From a virus (lineage: Duplodnaviria > Caudoviricetes), in IMG/VR virus record IMGVR_UViG_3300020048_000112, positions 7,103 through 71,102 of that record: a stretch of DNA of 64,000 nucleotides; one strand, written 5' to 3'. This document shows positions 39,881 through 49,423 of this stretch, piece by piece. Each line of letters begins with the position of its first letter. The stretch's first letter is position 1. The notes beneath the pieces are model-generated. The model ran no database searches and was not told the origin of the DNA. It saw nothing but the letters and a program-made list of their open reading frames with translations. Both the position numbers and the translations under genes were made by a program.

Positions 39881-40174
39881 GTGGAAAAAACATTACACAA
39901 TTCAGATATATCAGGTGCCCGAGTAAACGTGAAAGATATTAAAGTTGTGGGCAACGGGGATATGTTCCAGCTGCTCTGTAAAGCCTCCAGTGAAGCTGAA
40001 GGTTGGATGAAGAGTACTAAGGCCTGCGAGCTACACGATGGTTGTATTATCCAGGTAACAACTCAGCAACGTAATCCAGATGGGTCATATGCTATTGCTG
40101 AAGCTATTACGTATGTACGAGGAGTTATGATAGCTGACGACACGAACAACGGACGTAAGTTAGTAGCTCTGTAA
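39881..40174 (+). CDS. Conserved phage hypothetical protein
   Basis: AAGGA RBS, GTG start; GNGDMFQLLCKASSEAEGWMKSTKA motif. Confidence 0.7.
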   Translation: MEKTLHNSDISGARVNVKDIKVVGNGDMFQLLCKASSEAEGWMKSTKACELHDGCIIQVTTQQRNPDGSYAIAEAITYVRGVMIADDTNNGRKLVAL

Positions 40175-40190
40175 TAAGGATATAACGCCA

Positions 40191-40397
40191 ATGCAAATAG
40201 GTGGATGGTTAATCAAAAAGAAGTTCTTCTGTCAGATGGAGATAGGCTACAAGCTATGGACATTTGCCAAGGAGAATCCTAAAAGAGAACGTCAAGTACA
40301 ACTCTTCTTCATAGGTTGGTATGACCGGCCCGATACAGTGAAGATGTGGACTCTAGTTGTTCTTGGTTTAGCAATTCAAATTCAGATAGTTATATAA
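40191..40397 (+). CDS. Hypothetical protein
   Basis: AAGGA RBS; 68 aa with a hydrophobic C-terminus. Confidence 0.55.
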   Translation: MQIGGWLIKKKFFCQMEIGYKLWTFAKENPKRERQVQLFFIGWYDRPDTVKMWTLVVLGLAIQIQIVI

Positions 40398-40558
40398 TAT
40401 TAAGGGTACTACTAATCCCTCCTTTGCTTATTTCCATCTTAGCGATTGTGTGATCTCGTCACTAGGTTAGAAGTTGCTAACAACACCCGGCAATTAAATT
40501 AGTAGATAGGGTGTAAATTTTATTAGGGAATTTATAAAAATTTTGTGAGGAATTTAAT

Positions 40559-40729
40559 ATGACCGTGCAAGCAGAAAAGGCAATATGGTTTAGGTGTGAA
40601 AAGTGTAAGAGAGGTCAGTATGCCGATTATTCCTTAGAGTTACAATGGTATAAAGATCGCTCAGTTATGGGGGATAACATACTATGTGAATACTGTGGGT
40701 TTGCTAATCACATTATTGAGGAACTATAA
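40559..40729 (+). CDS. Small Zn-ribbon protein (56 aa; not in track)
   Basis: GAGGA RBS; CEKC...CEYC. Confidence 0.6.
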   Translation: MTVQAEKAIWFRCEKCKRGQYADYSLELQWYKDRSVMGDNILCEYCGFANHIIEEL

Positions 40730-41069
40730 AAATTTTATTAGGGAAAGCATTGAGGGTCTGATGATTTTCTTTATTGACAGGTGAAGGTAGGTATAATTTT
40801 TATAACAGAAATCATGGAAGGTTTGGGGAAAAATCTCATTGACAGACAGAGGTAGTTCATCAGTAGACAGGACTTTAAAAGCTTTACTACCCCCCCCCAT
40901 GCTTGATACTTCAGTCCTGCTCACTGTCTACCTACCACCCCTTCGGGTGTAGCGATGGATGCATATAGCATACCAACCAGCAACCTCAACGGGTGCTTAG
41001 GAGTAGGGCAGGCATATACGTTCACGCCGAGCAATGCCGCGAAACAAGCACCAACTAGGAGATCACACC

Positions 41070-41333
41070 ATGTCACAAGTTAACACCGATGTAACAGTTA
41101 AGGATGTATTCCGTATGTCACTTGCTGCTGTAATGTCCATCTTCTCGATGGCACCACAGACCGTAGCTCTCGTAGCTACCAACCTTGATTCACTCCAGCG
41201 CCTGTCCAATGCAGGCAATCTACTGTCCCAAGACGTAGAGTCCTCAGCTCAGTTCAACCATGAGCTTAATGTCATCGAGTTATCCACTCGTAAGACTAAG
41301 GCTCAACGTGCTGCGGATAAAGCCATCGGCTAA
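41070..41333 (+). CDS. First early-region hypothetical protein (87 aa)
   Basis: AGGAG RBS before ATG 41070; followed by hairpin GGACTCC/GGAGTCC. Confidence 0.7.
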   Translation: MSQVNTDVTVKDVFRMSLAAVMSIFSMAPQTVALVATNLDSLQRLSNAGNLLSQDVESSAQFNHELNVIELSTRKTKAQRAADKAIG

Positions 41334-41807
41334 TTCCACCTGGACTCCAGAGCATCGGAGTCCTATGTAGTTCTTACACAAAACACATACACATTACACA
41401 CTTAGATAGTCTCACTATCATCACTCCTGTGCTCACTCAGGAGATAGATAGCCTTCTGCTGTAATGGTAGTATAATGGTAGTAAATACTATCATTCCACT
41501 ATCAGTATAGACCAGTTAATCATGATTAATAGTGGGGAAATAGTGGGAGAATGATAGGTAAATGGTAGTACATTAGTAGTTTAATTTACCTCTCAATCAC
41601 CCTATGCCCTATCATCACTCTCCTCATTACCTACATATTCCCGATACTCTATCACTCTCAATCTCACACACCAATCCGATGTTATAAAGTAGTACTCCTT
41701 AACTACTACCCTACATAGCGTTCCGCTATAAGGACAGGAACAAGAGTGGGATTCATCCCCAAGAGTTTCCTTCAATTAAACCTTTAATCTTAACTTAGGA
41801 GATTACT

Positions 41808-41990
41808 ATGTGTAATTGTACTTACAGTTATTACGTACAGTGTGATGTTATCCTGAAAGTTTCTGCTATTGATACGCATTGTCCATTCTGCGTACATGGT
41901 GGAGATATATCTGATGATATTCAGTTTATCCCTTTTAAGGGATTTATGCACAAAACACCGTGTGTAAATACAACTGAAATACCATTCTAG
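41808..41990 (+). CDS. Small Cys-containing hypothetical protein
   Basis: AGGAG RBS; CNC...CPFC. Confidence 0.55.
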   Translation: MCNCTYSYYVQCDVILKVSAIDTHCPFCVHGGDISDDIQFIPFKGFMHKTPCVNTTEIPF

Positions 41991-42045
41991 TAGTTAACAA
42001 TCAATGCACTGCTGCTTATACAGAGCAGTGCTATGGGAGATAGTT

Positions 42046-42390
42046 ATGAAAGCTAAAGATACGATAGTATTGGCTCAGGCATTGACTGAGACTATGGCTA
42101 GTATAAAACCAGGCACTAGTTCTGGTAGTCAGTATGCCGTCATATTAGATGGCAAGCGTAATAGTGTTGATGAATGGGCATTACGCACATTCATTAGCAA
42201 AACTTGGACTCGCATCAAGGGTGAGTTCAACGAACGCTACATGTCACCATGTGGAAACTTCCGATCATTAGTTATTGATTCGGGAGCAGTCAGGATAACA
42301 TCCTGGCCTCCTACTCCTGGTGCATCACAGTTTGTGATGCGATCAGGTAGATGTGGTAGTTCCACGGGTCAATGGGAAGCAGACTGTTAA
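42046..42390 (+). CDS. Early hypothetical protein
   Basis: GGGAG RBS before ATG 42046. Confidence 0.55.
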   Translation: MKAKDTIVLAQALTETMASIKPGTSSGSQYAVILDGKRNSVDEWALRTFISKTWTRIKGEFNERYMSPCGNFRSLVIDSGAVRITSWPPTPGASQFVMRSGRCGSSTGQWEADC

Positions 42391-42429
42391 CAATCAATGC
42401 CCTCTTCGGAGGGCATAAGGAGATAACTC

Positions 42430-42513
42430 ATGCCAATAGAATTACAGATAGGACTCTTAGTTTCATTCATAGTCTTGTTAGCTATAGTAGCCATAGCACA
42501 TACCCAACTATAA
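42430..42513 (+). CDS. 27-aa single-pass membrane microprotein (not in track)
   Basis: AAGGAG RBS; MPIELQIGLLVSFIVLLAIVAIAHTQL*. Confidence 0.55.
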   Translation: MPIELQIGLLVSFIVLLAIVAIAHTQL

Positions 42514-42524
42514 GGGGATCACTC

Positions 42525-42800
42525 ATGAAGACTCAACACGTAGTACAACTTACTGGCATGATAGATAACAAGCCCGCTAAGACTCACCAGGCTGACGATG
42601 TGCGCATCTTCCAGGCTAAGGGTATCAATGGTGGTATGTCCATCGATAACACCAATGAAGGCTCTCCTGTGCTTATTACAGCTAAAGGTACATATCCTCT
42701 CAGCTGGAACAGAGCAGGCTACTTTGAACCTGACTTTGATCATGTCAAAGTACATGTCATCATCAAAGCAGTTGTTGCCCGGGTAATATACTGGGCTTGA
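42525..42800 (+). CDS. Early hypothetical protein
   Basis: GGGGA RBS before ATG 42525, in frame with track ORF 42372..42800. Confidence 0.55.
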   Translation: MKTQHVVQLTGMIDNKPAKTHQADDVRIFQAKGINGGMSIDNTNEGSPVLITAKGTYPLSWNRAGYFEPDFDHVKVHVIIKAVVARVIYWA

Positions 42801-42822
42801 ACCAATAACATAGGATATAACT

Positions 42823-43038
42823 GTGAAATTACGAACAACTTGTGAAGCAATATTGTGGGTTGGCTTCTTCGGAATTAATGAAAACGGCGATCAGCCGGAG
42901 TGTGGTTGTGAAATAGAAGAAGAGGTTGAAGACGATTGCATCGACACTGAGTCTCCTGGGATACGTCCATCGTATTCAGTACGGTGCCCTAAATGTGGTA
43001 GTCTACTTGAATGGCCTCACGAATGGGAAATTATTTGA
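42823..43038 (+). CDS. Acidic Zn-ribbon protein
   Basis: AGGA RBS; CGC...CPKCG. Confidence 0.55.
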   Translation: MKLRTTCEAILWVGFFGINENGDQPECGCEIEEEVEDDCIDTESPGIRPSYSVRCPKCGSLLEWPHEWEII

Positions 43039-43092
43039 ACCAATAACATAAACATAAAGCTCCTCTTCATCGGGGAGCTTAGGAGATACATT

Positions 43093-43380
43093 ATGGCAAT
43101 TAAACTGTTATTAGCTAAACCTGCAGAAGTAGGTAAAGAATTAGCAAAAGTACACTTTTCAATGAGTGTAGAACCCGGTGCTGTACATGGTATAAAGCTG
43201 CATCAAGATAACTCAGGTAACTGGTTCCCTGAACTACATATTTCCCTTACTGGTATTAGGGACACAGATACTGATTTTGTACTATGTAATATCGTAGATA
43301 GGCTAAACGAAGTAATACGCCTACTACAGAGTAAAGATGCAGCTAAAATCAAAATAGCTGCAGATATGCTATCTGACTAA
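43093..43380 (+). CDS. Early hypothetical protein
   Basis: AGGAG RBS directly after a hairpin. Confidence 0.65.
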   Translation: MAIKLLLAKPAEVGKELAKVHFSMSVEPGAVHGIKLHQDNSGNWFPELHISLTGIRDTDTDFVLCNIVDRLNEVIRLLQSKDAAKIKIAADMLSD

Positions 43381-43424
43381 ATAAAATACCCTCAGTCTCT
43401 ATGATGAGGGTTAAGGAGATCACC

Positions 43425-43604
43425 ATGACTAAAGAAGAGGCAATGAAGCTCTACAACCTTGTTGATCCAAAGCAAGTAACACTCCATTTTCTCGTCGATA
43501 AGACAATCTTTGATCCCGATGTTGGAGTAGAACTTCACTATGCCGGGATTAAGGTTGAAGCTGGCTGTACCCAGTGTTGGGTAGAACTACGGAGATACTC
43601 ATGA
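43425..43604 (+). CDS. Early hypothetical protein
   Basis: AAGGAG RBS before ATG 43425. Confidence 0.6.
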   Translation: MTKEEAMKLYNLVDPKQVTLHFLVDKTIFDPDVGVELHYAGIKVEAGCTQCWVELRRYS

Positions 43605-43724
43605 AAACAATAACCTATCTATACTTTTGTACACTTGGAGGATTATCCAATCCAAGGTGTTACACCCTAGTTCATCGCAACGGCTCTTACGTCTATTCAA
43701 CATATCACATTTGGGGTTAACTAC

Positions 43725-43970
43725 ATGAAAATAACAACTGAAGTACTGTGCACTTGGCCGGCTGATGATATTACTATCGTTCAGACAGCTCAAGATAGTA
43801 ATGGTGGCACTAGACCGGGTGCGTATATAGGTATTCGTATTGATGAGGTAGATGCTGTTATCAAAGGTCTTATAGAGGCTAGAGCACAAGCTATAGGCCA
43901 TAATCAGGATTATGCTGAGTATGAGATGAAATGTAGGGCTGATTATGCCTTACAATTAAAAGAAGTATAA
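43725..43970 (+). CDS. Early hypothetical protein
   Basis: GGGG RBS; 81 aa. Confidence 0.55.
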   Translation: MKITTEVLCTWPADDITIVQTAQDSNGGTRPGAYIGIRIDEVDAVIKGLIEARAQAIGHNQDYAEYEMKCRADYALQLKEV

Positions 43971-44125
43971 TATATATTACTCAGTAGTATAAAGGAGAAT
44001 AGCATGTTCACCCTCTGCAATGTGTACCGCAATCAAAGATGGCAACAGTTTTGGTACAAGAAAGTAAAATCTGTACGGGCACACTATGCTGTGCTTCGTG
44101 AAATGAATAGCTAAAGGAGAATACC

Positions 44126-44437
44126 ATGAAACTACCACCAACACCTTGGACATTCAAAGATGAGTGTGCTGCTAATCAGTATGCCATACTTGATGCGGAG
44201 GGTAATTGGATAGTATCGCTGTTGCATAATGGTGAGGCTATGCCTGTGAAGCAGGCTCGAGTATTACAGCTTATGACGGCTGCTCCCGAGTTATTGGCTG
44301 CCCTGGAGGCTATAGCTACTCTTGACCCTGAACATGATTCAGAGAATGGCTACAACGAATGTGGTGAAGCAGAGTGTTTCACCAAAGCTCAAGTAATTGC
44401 TCAAGCAGCATTACTTAAAGTCAACTCCGTTACATAA
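44126..44437 (+). CDS. Phage early protein of the AAPELL-motif type
   Basis: AAGGAG RBS; TPWTF...LMTAAPELLAALE. Confidence 0.7.
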   Translation: MKLPPTPWTFKDECAANQYAILDAEGNWIVSLLHNGEAMPVKQARVLQLMTAAPELLAALEAIATLDPEHDSENGYNECGEAECFTKAQVIAQAALLKVNSVT

Positions 44438-44613
44438 TCCTGTTGTAGTTATTAACCCATAATTAAACTTAATGAGGTAACGCCATGTAAATAGGTAATT
44501 AAGCCCAGTAGCCTAAGATACTATTGGCCGGCATGTAGTGGGCATGTTGAAAGCAAAACCCACTTCTCTTTATCACCCTGCTGTAATCCATCCTCTGTGT
44601 AACACACTCCTCT

Positions 44614-44625
44614 AAGCCTTCGGCT
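44614..44625 (+). promoter_or_regulatory. Putative vRNAP hairpin early promoter
   Basis: AAGCCTTCGGCT; template strand AGCC-GAA-GGCT is a stem with a GNA triloop as in N4 early promoters; identical copy at 45237. Confidence 0.65.
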
Positions 44626-44686
44626 GAATGGTTGGTAACTAGCATCTTGCTGGTATTTAATCAATCATTCATCCGGAGGCTTTCCT

Positions 44687-44797
44687 ATGTCTATCAAACG
44701 CAACTACTTCTTCACCCGTTCAAATCGCATTGTAGTAACTCGTAGAAAATCAACCTGGAAATATGTAGGCCGCAATACGCGTGCTGCTCGTGTTTAA
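44687..44797 (+). CDS. 36-aa highly basic early microprotein (not in track)
   Basis: GGAGG RBS; MSIKRNYFFTRSNRIVVTRRKSTWKYVGRNTRAARV*. Confidence 0.65.
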   Translation: MSIKRNYFFTRSNRIVVTRRKSTWKYVGRNTRAARV

Positions 44798-44804
44798 CTG
44801 AATT

Positions 44805-44828
44805 AATGCCAATAGTGATATTGGCATT
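44805..44828 (+). terminator. Hairpin terminator or processing site
   Basis: AATGCCAATA-GTGA-TATTGGCATT then GCTTTT. Confidence 0.55.
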
Positions 44829-44857
44829 GCTTTTAAATTAACCAGGGAGTATAGAGC

Positions 44858-44938
44858 ATGAAATACGTATTCATAGTTATCCCCGTATTAGTGTTTGTTT
44901 ACCAGATAGTAACCTTTGCTCAGGCTGCAGGCCTGTAG
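44858..44938 (+). CDS. 26-aa hydrophobic microprotein (not in track)
   Basis: GGGAG RBS; MKYVFIVIPVLVFVYQIVTFAQAAGL*. Confidence 0.45.
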   Translation: MKYVFIVIPVLVFVYQIVTFAQAAGL

Positions 44939-44948
44939 GAGTTAATTC

Positions 44949-45227
44949 ATGGCTCGATTTAACGGTAGTGACTACGTACCCGGGAGAGACAACGATCGTC
45001 TTGATAGACAGATCGGTAGGATCTGGAACTTAATGAAAGATGGTAAACGTAGGAGTCTTGCTGATATAGCAGCTGCTACGCAAGATGGCACTGCGAGCAT
45101 ATCAGCTCAACTCAGACACCTTCGTAAAGAACGCTTTGGATCACACGTAGTAGAGAAAGAATATGAGGGAGATGGTCTGTACTTGTACAGGGTCATTCCC
45201 AATATCACTCAGCCTCTTGCCATATAG
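44949..45227 (+). CDS. Winged-helix/HTH-like DNA-binding protein
   Basis: AGGAG RBS; IWNLMKDGKRRSLADIAAATQDGTASISAQLRHLRK. Confidence 0.65.
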   Translation: MARFNGSDYVPGRDNDRLDRQIGRIWNLMKDGKRRSLADIAAATQDGTASISAQLRHLRKERFGSHVVEKEYEGDGLYLYRVIPNITQPLAI

Positions 45228-45236
45228 GTAGCTACA

Positions 45237-45248
45237 AAGCCTTCGGCT
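45237..45248 (+). promoter_or_regulatory. Putative vRNAP hairpin early promoter (second copy)
   Basis: AAGCCTTCGGCT upstream of the gp2-like gene. Confidence 0.65.
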
Positions 45249-45310
45249 ATACAGACAGAACGCCTAATATCGGGCAAATTATCAATCATCATTATCAATG
45301 GAGAATCCTC

Positions 45311-45646
45311 ATGACACTTCACAAGAAAGATCAATCACTCGTACCCGTAGTTGATGCAAAGAACAACGCAGTAGCATTCGTTAATTGGAACTTGCCTCTT
45401 GCAGATGGCAGAATGCTCCGTTCCAGCAAGGGATTCCCTATCTTCCAGAATCCCAAATATCCCAACAAGAATGAGGACATCCTCGTAAACCTGGCTAAGA
45501 AGCACGGTGGCAGTGTAACTGTTACCATGGAGTGCAGAATCATGCTCAATACTGGGGCTACTGCAGATGATTTCGACCTCGATCAGATCGTGGTTACGCC
45601 GACAGAGGTTCATCCTCAGCCGGCACCAACAGAGATCATTCAGTAG
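45311..45646 (+). CDS. N4 gp2-like ssDNA-binding RNAPII activator (tentative)
   Basis: GGAG RBS; AVAFVNWNLPLADG motif recalls N4 gp2; early position upstream of RNAPII genes; followed by a terminator. Confidence 0.5.
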   Translation: MTLHKKDQSLVPVVDAKNNAVAFVNWNLPLADGRMLRSSKGFPIFQNPKYPNKNEDILVNLAKKHGGSVTVTMECRIMLNTGATADDFDLDQIVVTPTEVHPQPAPTEIIQ

Positions 45647-45654
45647 TACTACCT

Positions 45655-45688
45655 GAAGGGCTACTTGCTTGTATAGAGGTAGCCCTTC
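45655..45688 (+). terminator. Intrinsic terminator
   Basis: GAAGGGCTAC / GTAGCCCTTC stem followed by TTTACTT. Confidence 0.7.
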
Positions 45689-45711
45689 TTTACTTGTTAT
45701 TAAAGGATAAT

Positions 45712-45864
45712 ATGCCTGTAGATCCGGAGTGGTTAATGAAAATGCTTAAAGAACTTGCAAATAGAAAGAAGCTTATCTTCTGTCCTGATTGTGGAGAAGC
45801 TTTGATCCAAGAAGATAACTACCACTACTGTGATAACTGTGGGTATATCGGGGAGATCGAATGA
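45712..45864 (+). CDS. Small Zn-ribbon protein (50 aa; not in track)
   Basis: AAGGA RBS; CPDCG...CDNCG. Confidence 0.65.
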   Translation: MPVDPEWLMKMLKELANRKKLIFCPDCGEALIQEDNYHYCDNCGYIGEIE

Positions 45865-46220
45865 TTCCAATAATTAAAGAGGGGAGAGCTGCCTATGTAT
45901 ATGGAGGTAATCCTCAAGAGTTGTGTCCATACAAGGAACCTCTATCACGAGAGCAATTAGCCTGGTCTGTAGGTTGGTATAAGGCTCAAGCAGATAGCGT
46001 GAGTAAGCTCTATAAGGACTTACGCGAAGGAGATATAATAGTCAATGCACTCATTCATGCAGAGCTGAGAGGTGCTAGAGACTACAGCCCTAATTACACG
46101 TATGAAGAGGTCTGTCCTTACAGAGGTACTGAGTACATCGGTGCCTATGTCAAAGGATGGTTTAGAGGTAAAGCCCAATATGAACTCAAGAATGGGGTGA
46201 AAGATGCTAAAACGCTATAG
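45861..46220 (+). CDS. Protein with two Rmf/CrpP-like repeats
   Basis: GRAAYVYGGNPQELCPY...AWSVGWYKA and GARDYSPNYTYEEVCPY...AYVKGWFRG. Confidence 0.6.
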   Translation: MIPIIKEGRAAYVYGGNPQELCPYKEPLSREQLAWSVGWYKAQADSVSKLYKDLREGDIIVNALIHAELRGARDYSPNYTYEEVCPYRGTEYIGAYVKGWFRGKAQYELKNGVKDAKTL

Positions 46221-46533
46221 CCAGAAATGGCTACGATACTTTGTGAAAATGCTCGTCGGTGTGCCGTTCTTCAACGAGATTGGTGAGACAAGAAGAAGTA
46301 GTAGATACCGAGCGTACTCTTCTGTTGCTTTGGCCGCAGTGATGACAATGTTAGGGGGGTAAAGTATGAAACGTAACCTAAAAAAACTAACCCGATGTCA
46401 ATCGTAGTACGCATTGTAATAATCTCCTTATTCCTCATAGCCTACGCGATCGTAGGTACCGCAGATCATGATTTTAAATTCCCTGGAGATCCGGATGATC
46501 GGATTTCTATGACCAAATCAAAGAGGTAGCCTA

Positions 46534-46788
46534 ATGGCGAAATATCGCGGAGTAATCATTAATGTAGTCAAAGATATAATCCCTGGCTCTGATATTAAAG
46601 AGCTTTCTAGTGGTGGCTTTAAACTGTGTGCGCCTAAGTACGTCACTTCGTATCAATATGCAGGCTCTTACCCGTGTTCTACATTACGGGAAGCTAAGGA
46701 CTCCATTGAGGCTATATACCAAAGCTGTAAAGCCCTTGGTGGTGTTACAGAAAAGAAGTTATTTGCCTCTATTATGAATGAGGAATAG
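46534..46788 (+). CDS. Hypothetical protein
   Basis: GAGGT RBS; 84 aa. Confidence 0.6.
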   Translation: MAKYRGVIINVVKDIIPGSDIKELSSGGFKLCAPKYVTSYQYAGSYPCSTLREAKDSIEAIYQSCKALGGVTEKKLFASIMNEE

Positions 46789-46790
46789 CC

Positions 46791-47615
46791 ATGTTGAGAG
46801 CATCAGAATTCTATGTCCAACAGCAGATCGGTAAATCCGGAGGTCAGCCCGAGATAGACCAGGCTATTGAGCTTATAGAAGAATACCTGGCTGGAGACTA
46901 CTATCAGAGCAAGAGTCTCAGACTCGCTGAGTGGAGTCCAGACAGAGGTACGATCTATGAAGTAGTACTGACAGTGTTCACAATAGTACTGTCAGTGCGT
47001 AGCCTCACCTATCAAGCAATATGTGGAATGATGGCTTCACGTATTGGTGTCTTGGATCACATGGATCAAATCAAGACTACTGCAGAGGTCATCGCTATCA
47101 TCAGTAAAACTGGCCTCATCAACATCAAGAGAACCGGTTCAGGTAATCATATCATGCTCGATTCAGACTATGAGATAGATGGCATTCCTGAGCTTGAGCG
47201 TCACGCTATACTCACAGATAAACCACCTGAATTCGAGGAGAATTATCATCATGAATTTGGCAGTCTTATTCTTGGCGGCAGAGCTAATCACCATAGTGAT
47301 GATATCTGTCTTGATCATCTCAACAGGATGAATGGTATCAAATTAAAGCTTAATAGGCCTTTCCTACGCAAGTATGAAGAGGCACCTACTTATGCCTTAG
47401 ATACCCAAGATAAAGCTGACCAGTGGGATCAATTCATTACCAATAGCTACCGTACTTACATCAAGTTGGTACGTGAGGGCAATAGGTTCTACCTGAGTCA
47501 TAAGTACGATAAAAGAGGCAGATGCTACGCCGAAGGGTATCACATCAATACCCAGGGAAGTAGCTTCAAGAAGGCCATTGTTCAGTTGGCTCAATCTGAG
47601 CTGGTGGAGATGTGA
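46791..47615 (+). CDS. RNA polymerase II subunit 1 (N4 gp15-like)
   Basis: HHSDDICLDHLNRMN, HKYDKRGRCYAEGYHINTQGSSFKKA; T7-like RNAP N-terminal half. Confidence 0.92.
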   Translation: MLRASEFYVQQQIGKSGGQPEIDQAIELIEEYLAGDYYQSKSLRLAEWSPDRGTIYEVVLTVFTIVLSVRSLTYQAICGMMASRIGVLDHMDQIKTTAEVIAIISKTGLINIKRTGSGNHIMLDSDYEIDGIPELERHAILTDKPPEFEENYHHEFGSLILGGRANHHSDDICLDHLNRMNGIKLKLNRPFLRKYEEAPTYALDTQDKADQWDQFITNSYRTYIKLVREGNRFYLSHKYDKRGRCYAEGYHINTQGSSFKKAIVQLAQSELVEM

Positions 47616-49423
47616 TGAATATACCAACAGGATCCTGGTGTGTCGTACAAAGGCACATCAAGGATATCACGAGTAAGGGTGACATCATTAAGAAGAATAT
47701 CACCCAGAAAGATGCTAGGAGATTAGCTCTATGGTATGCCCACGAAGACTATCATTACTGGGCTATGCACATTGACAGCTACCATACACCCTTTGCAGAA
47801 GGAGATAAACCATGAAAGTATTTTGTAATTGTAACAGTAGTTGGATTATTGGGTTAGGTTATTCATACTCAAGTACGAATCCTCAAGTACAACTGAACAC
47901 TATACCCGACGCGTATAAGTATTCGTTATCATTTTGGTGTTATAAGTGCTCATATTGGTGCTGGTACGATGCTCATTATGAAAATATGTTATTTGATTTA
48001 AGGAGTATGAACCAATGAAGAAACTGGCTAAACCCATCGTTAAGTATGATGGCACAGACAAGTACACTTTCGTCAATGGAATAGCTAAGGTACCCGGTAC
48101 ATCCATGACAATAACCATTAAAGAGTTCAATGATATAAAGAGGTTCAGATGAAACAATGTAAATCATCAGGCTGTACAAGCATGGCAGTCAATGTAGATC
48201 CGGATAGAGAACTCTGTGATGTCTGCTTCTACAAGATCCCTCTTAGGGATCTACTTGCAGTCATTCATCGAGATAGTGGTGATTACACCTGGAAGTACGG
48301 CATCAAGAAGTCAGCTGCAGATGCTTCGAGGATAGTGAGTAACCTTATTACCCATGCAGAAGCCCACAATACAATTATAGGTTAACCCTTAATAAACTCC
48401 AGGTAGAAATACCTGGAGTTATTGGAGATACAAATGAAACATACTCCCGGTCCATGGCGAGTAAATACTACGCACCTAGAAACTAGAGTTGTAATGGCGG
48501 ATAAAAGGATAGCCACAGTGCATCAATGCATTACAAAATACGATTATTTAAGCGTACCTGTGCAACAGCAAGTTGCAAATGCTCAACTCATAGCGGCTGC
48601 TCCGGATTTATTAGAAACATTAGAGAATTTACTTCTTGCGTGTGAATACTGTAAGCCGGAACGTATACTTACATCTAAAGCAGTACTGCTTGCAAGACAG
48701 GCAATCGCCAAGGCAAAAGGAGAATGAGATGAAGAGGGATTATTATATGCACAGGTCAGGAGGCTATGCCTTTGATCACGGGGGAAATATTGGGACTCCT
48801 TTCAAAGTTTCAATGCTTAGGGCATGTATCAACGATTTGTGCGGATATTGCGTCACGAGCGTACCAAAAGGAGCATCAATCAAGAGAGTTTATATCAGGG
48901 CGGCATTAACGCGAGGTGCTCACCGAAAGTCATGGCTTGTTGGCGAAATGAAGAAAGGAAAGTATGGAGAATAATTATGGCAGACATAGTACTGGAACCT
49001 CTCATCATAGACTACGTTGACCTTATTGAATTAGAAGGTCAGCGTAAGCATCTCAACAGTATCATCCATGATGATTCTATTCTCAGCTGCATGACCGCAG
49101 AACAACAAGATGCACTACAAGGCATAGAGGCTATGCTCGATCAGTGGTCTGATAATCGATACTTTAAGGAGCAGTAAATGAAGCTTGAACTTGATCTTAG
49201 CAAGGTATCTCCGAAATGTAAGCGTATGATACTCAAGGATATTACTGCCTGTCTCTATGTTAATATGAAGAGGCTTGGTAATAGCATGAGGGACTCCGGA
49301 GATGCACAGCTGGAAGAATGGTACTACGGTACCAAAGAAACAATGATCTATCTTACTAAATATAAGAAAGAGGAAGGATTATGCAGACCTACACCGGAAA
49401 ACAGTACCTCCAAATCGATATAG
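47612..49423 (+). CDS. Cluster of small hypothetical ORFs between the RNAPII subunits (47612-47815, 47812-48018, 48149-48385, 48434-48727, 48729-48974, 48977-49177, 49178-49423)
   Basis: Tightly packed or overlapping ORFs, most with RBS; 48434-48727 is a second AAPDLL-motif protein; 47812 and 48149 carry Cys motifs. Confidence 0.6.

Noticed and set aside
47612-49423. Separation of the RNAPII subunit genes by small ORFs
   Set aside because: Common among N4-like phages; not novel.
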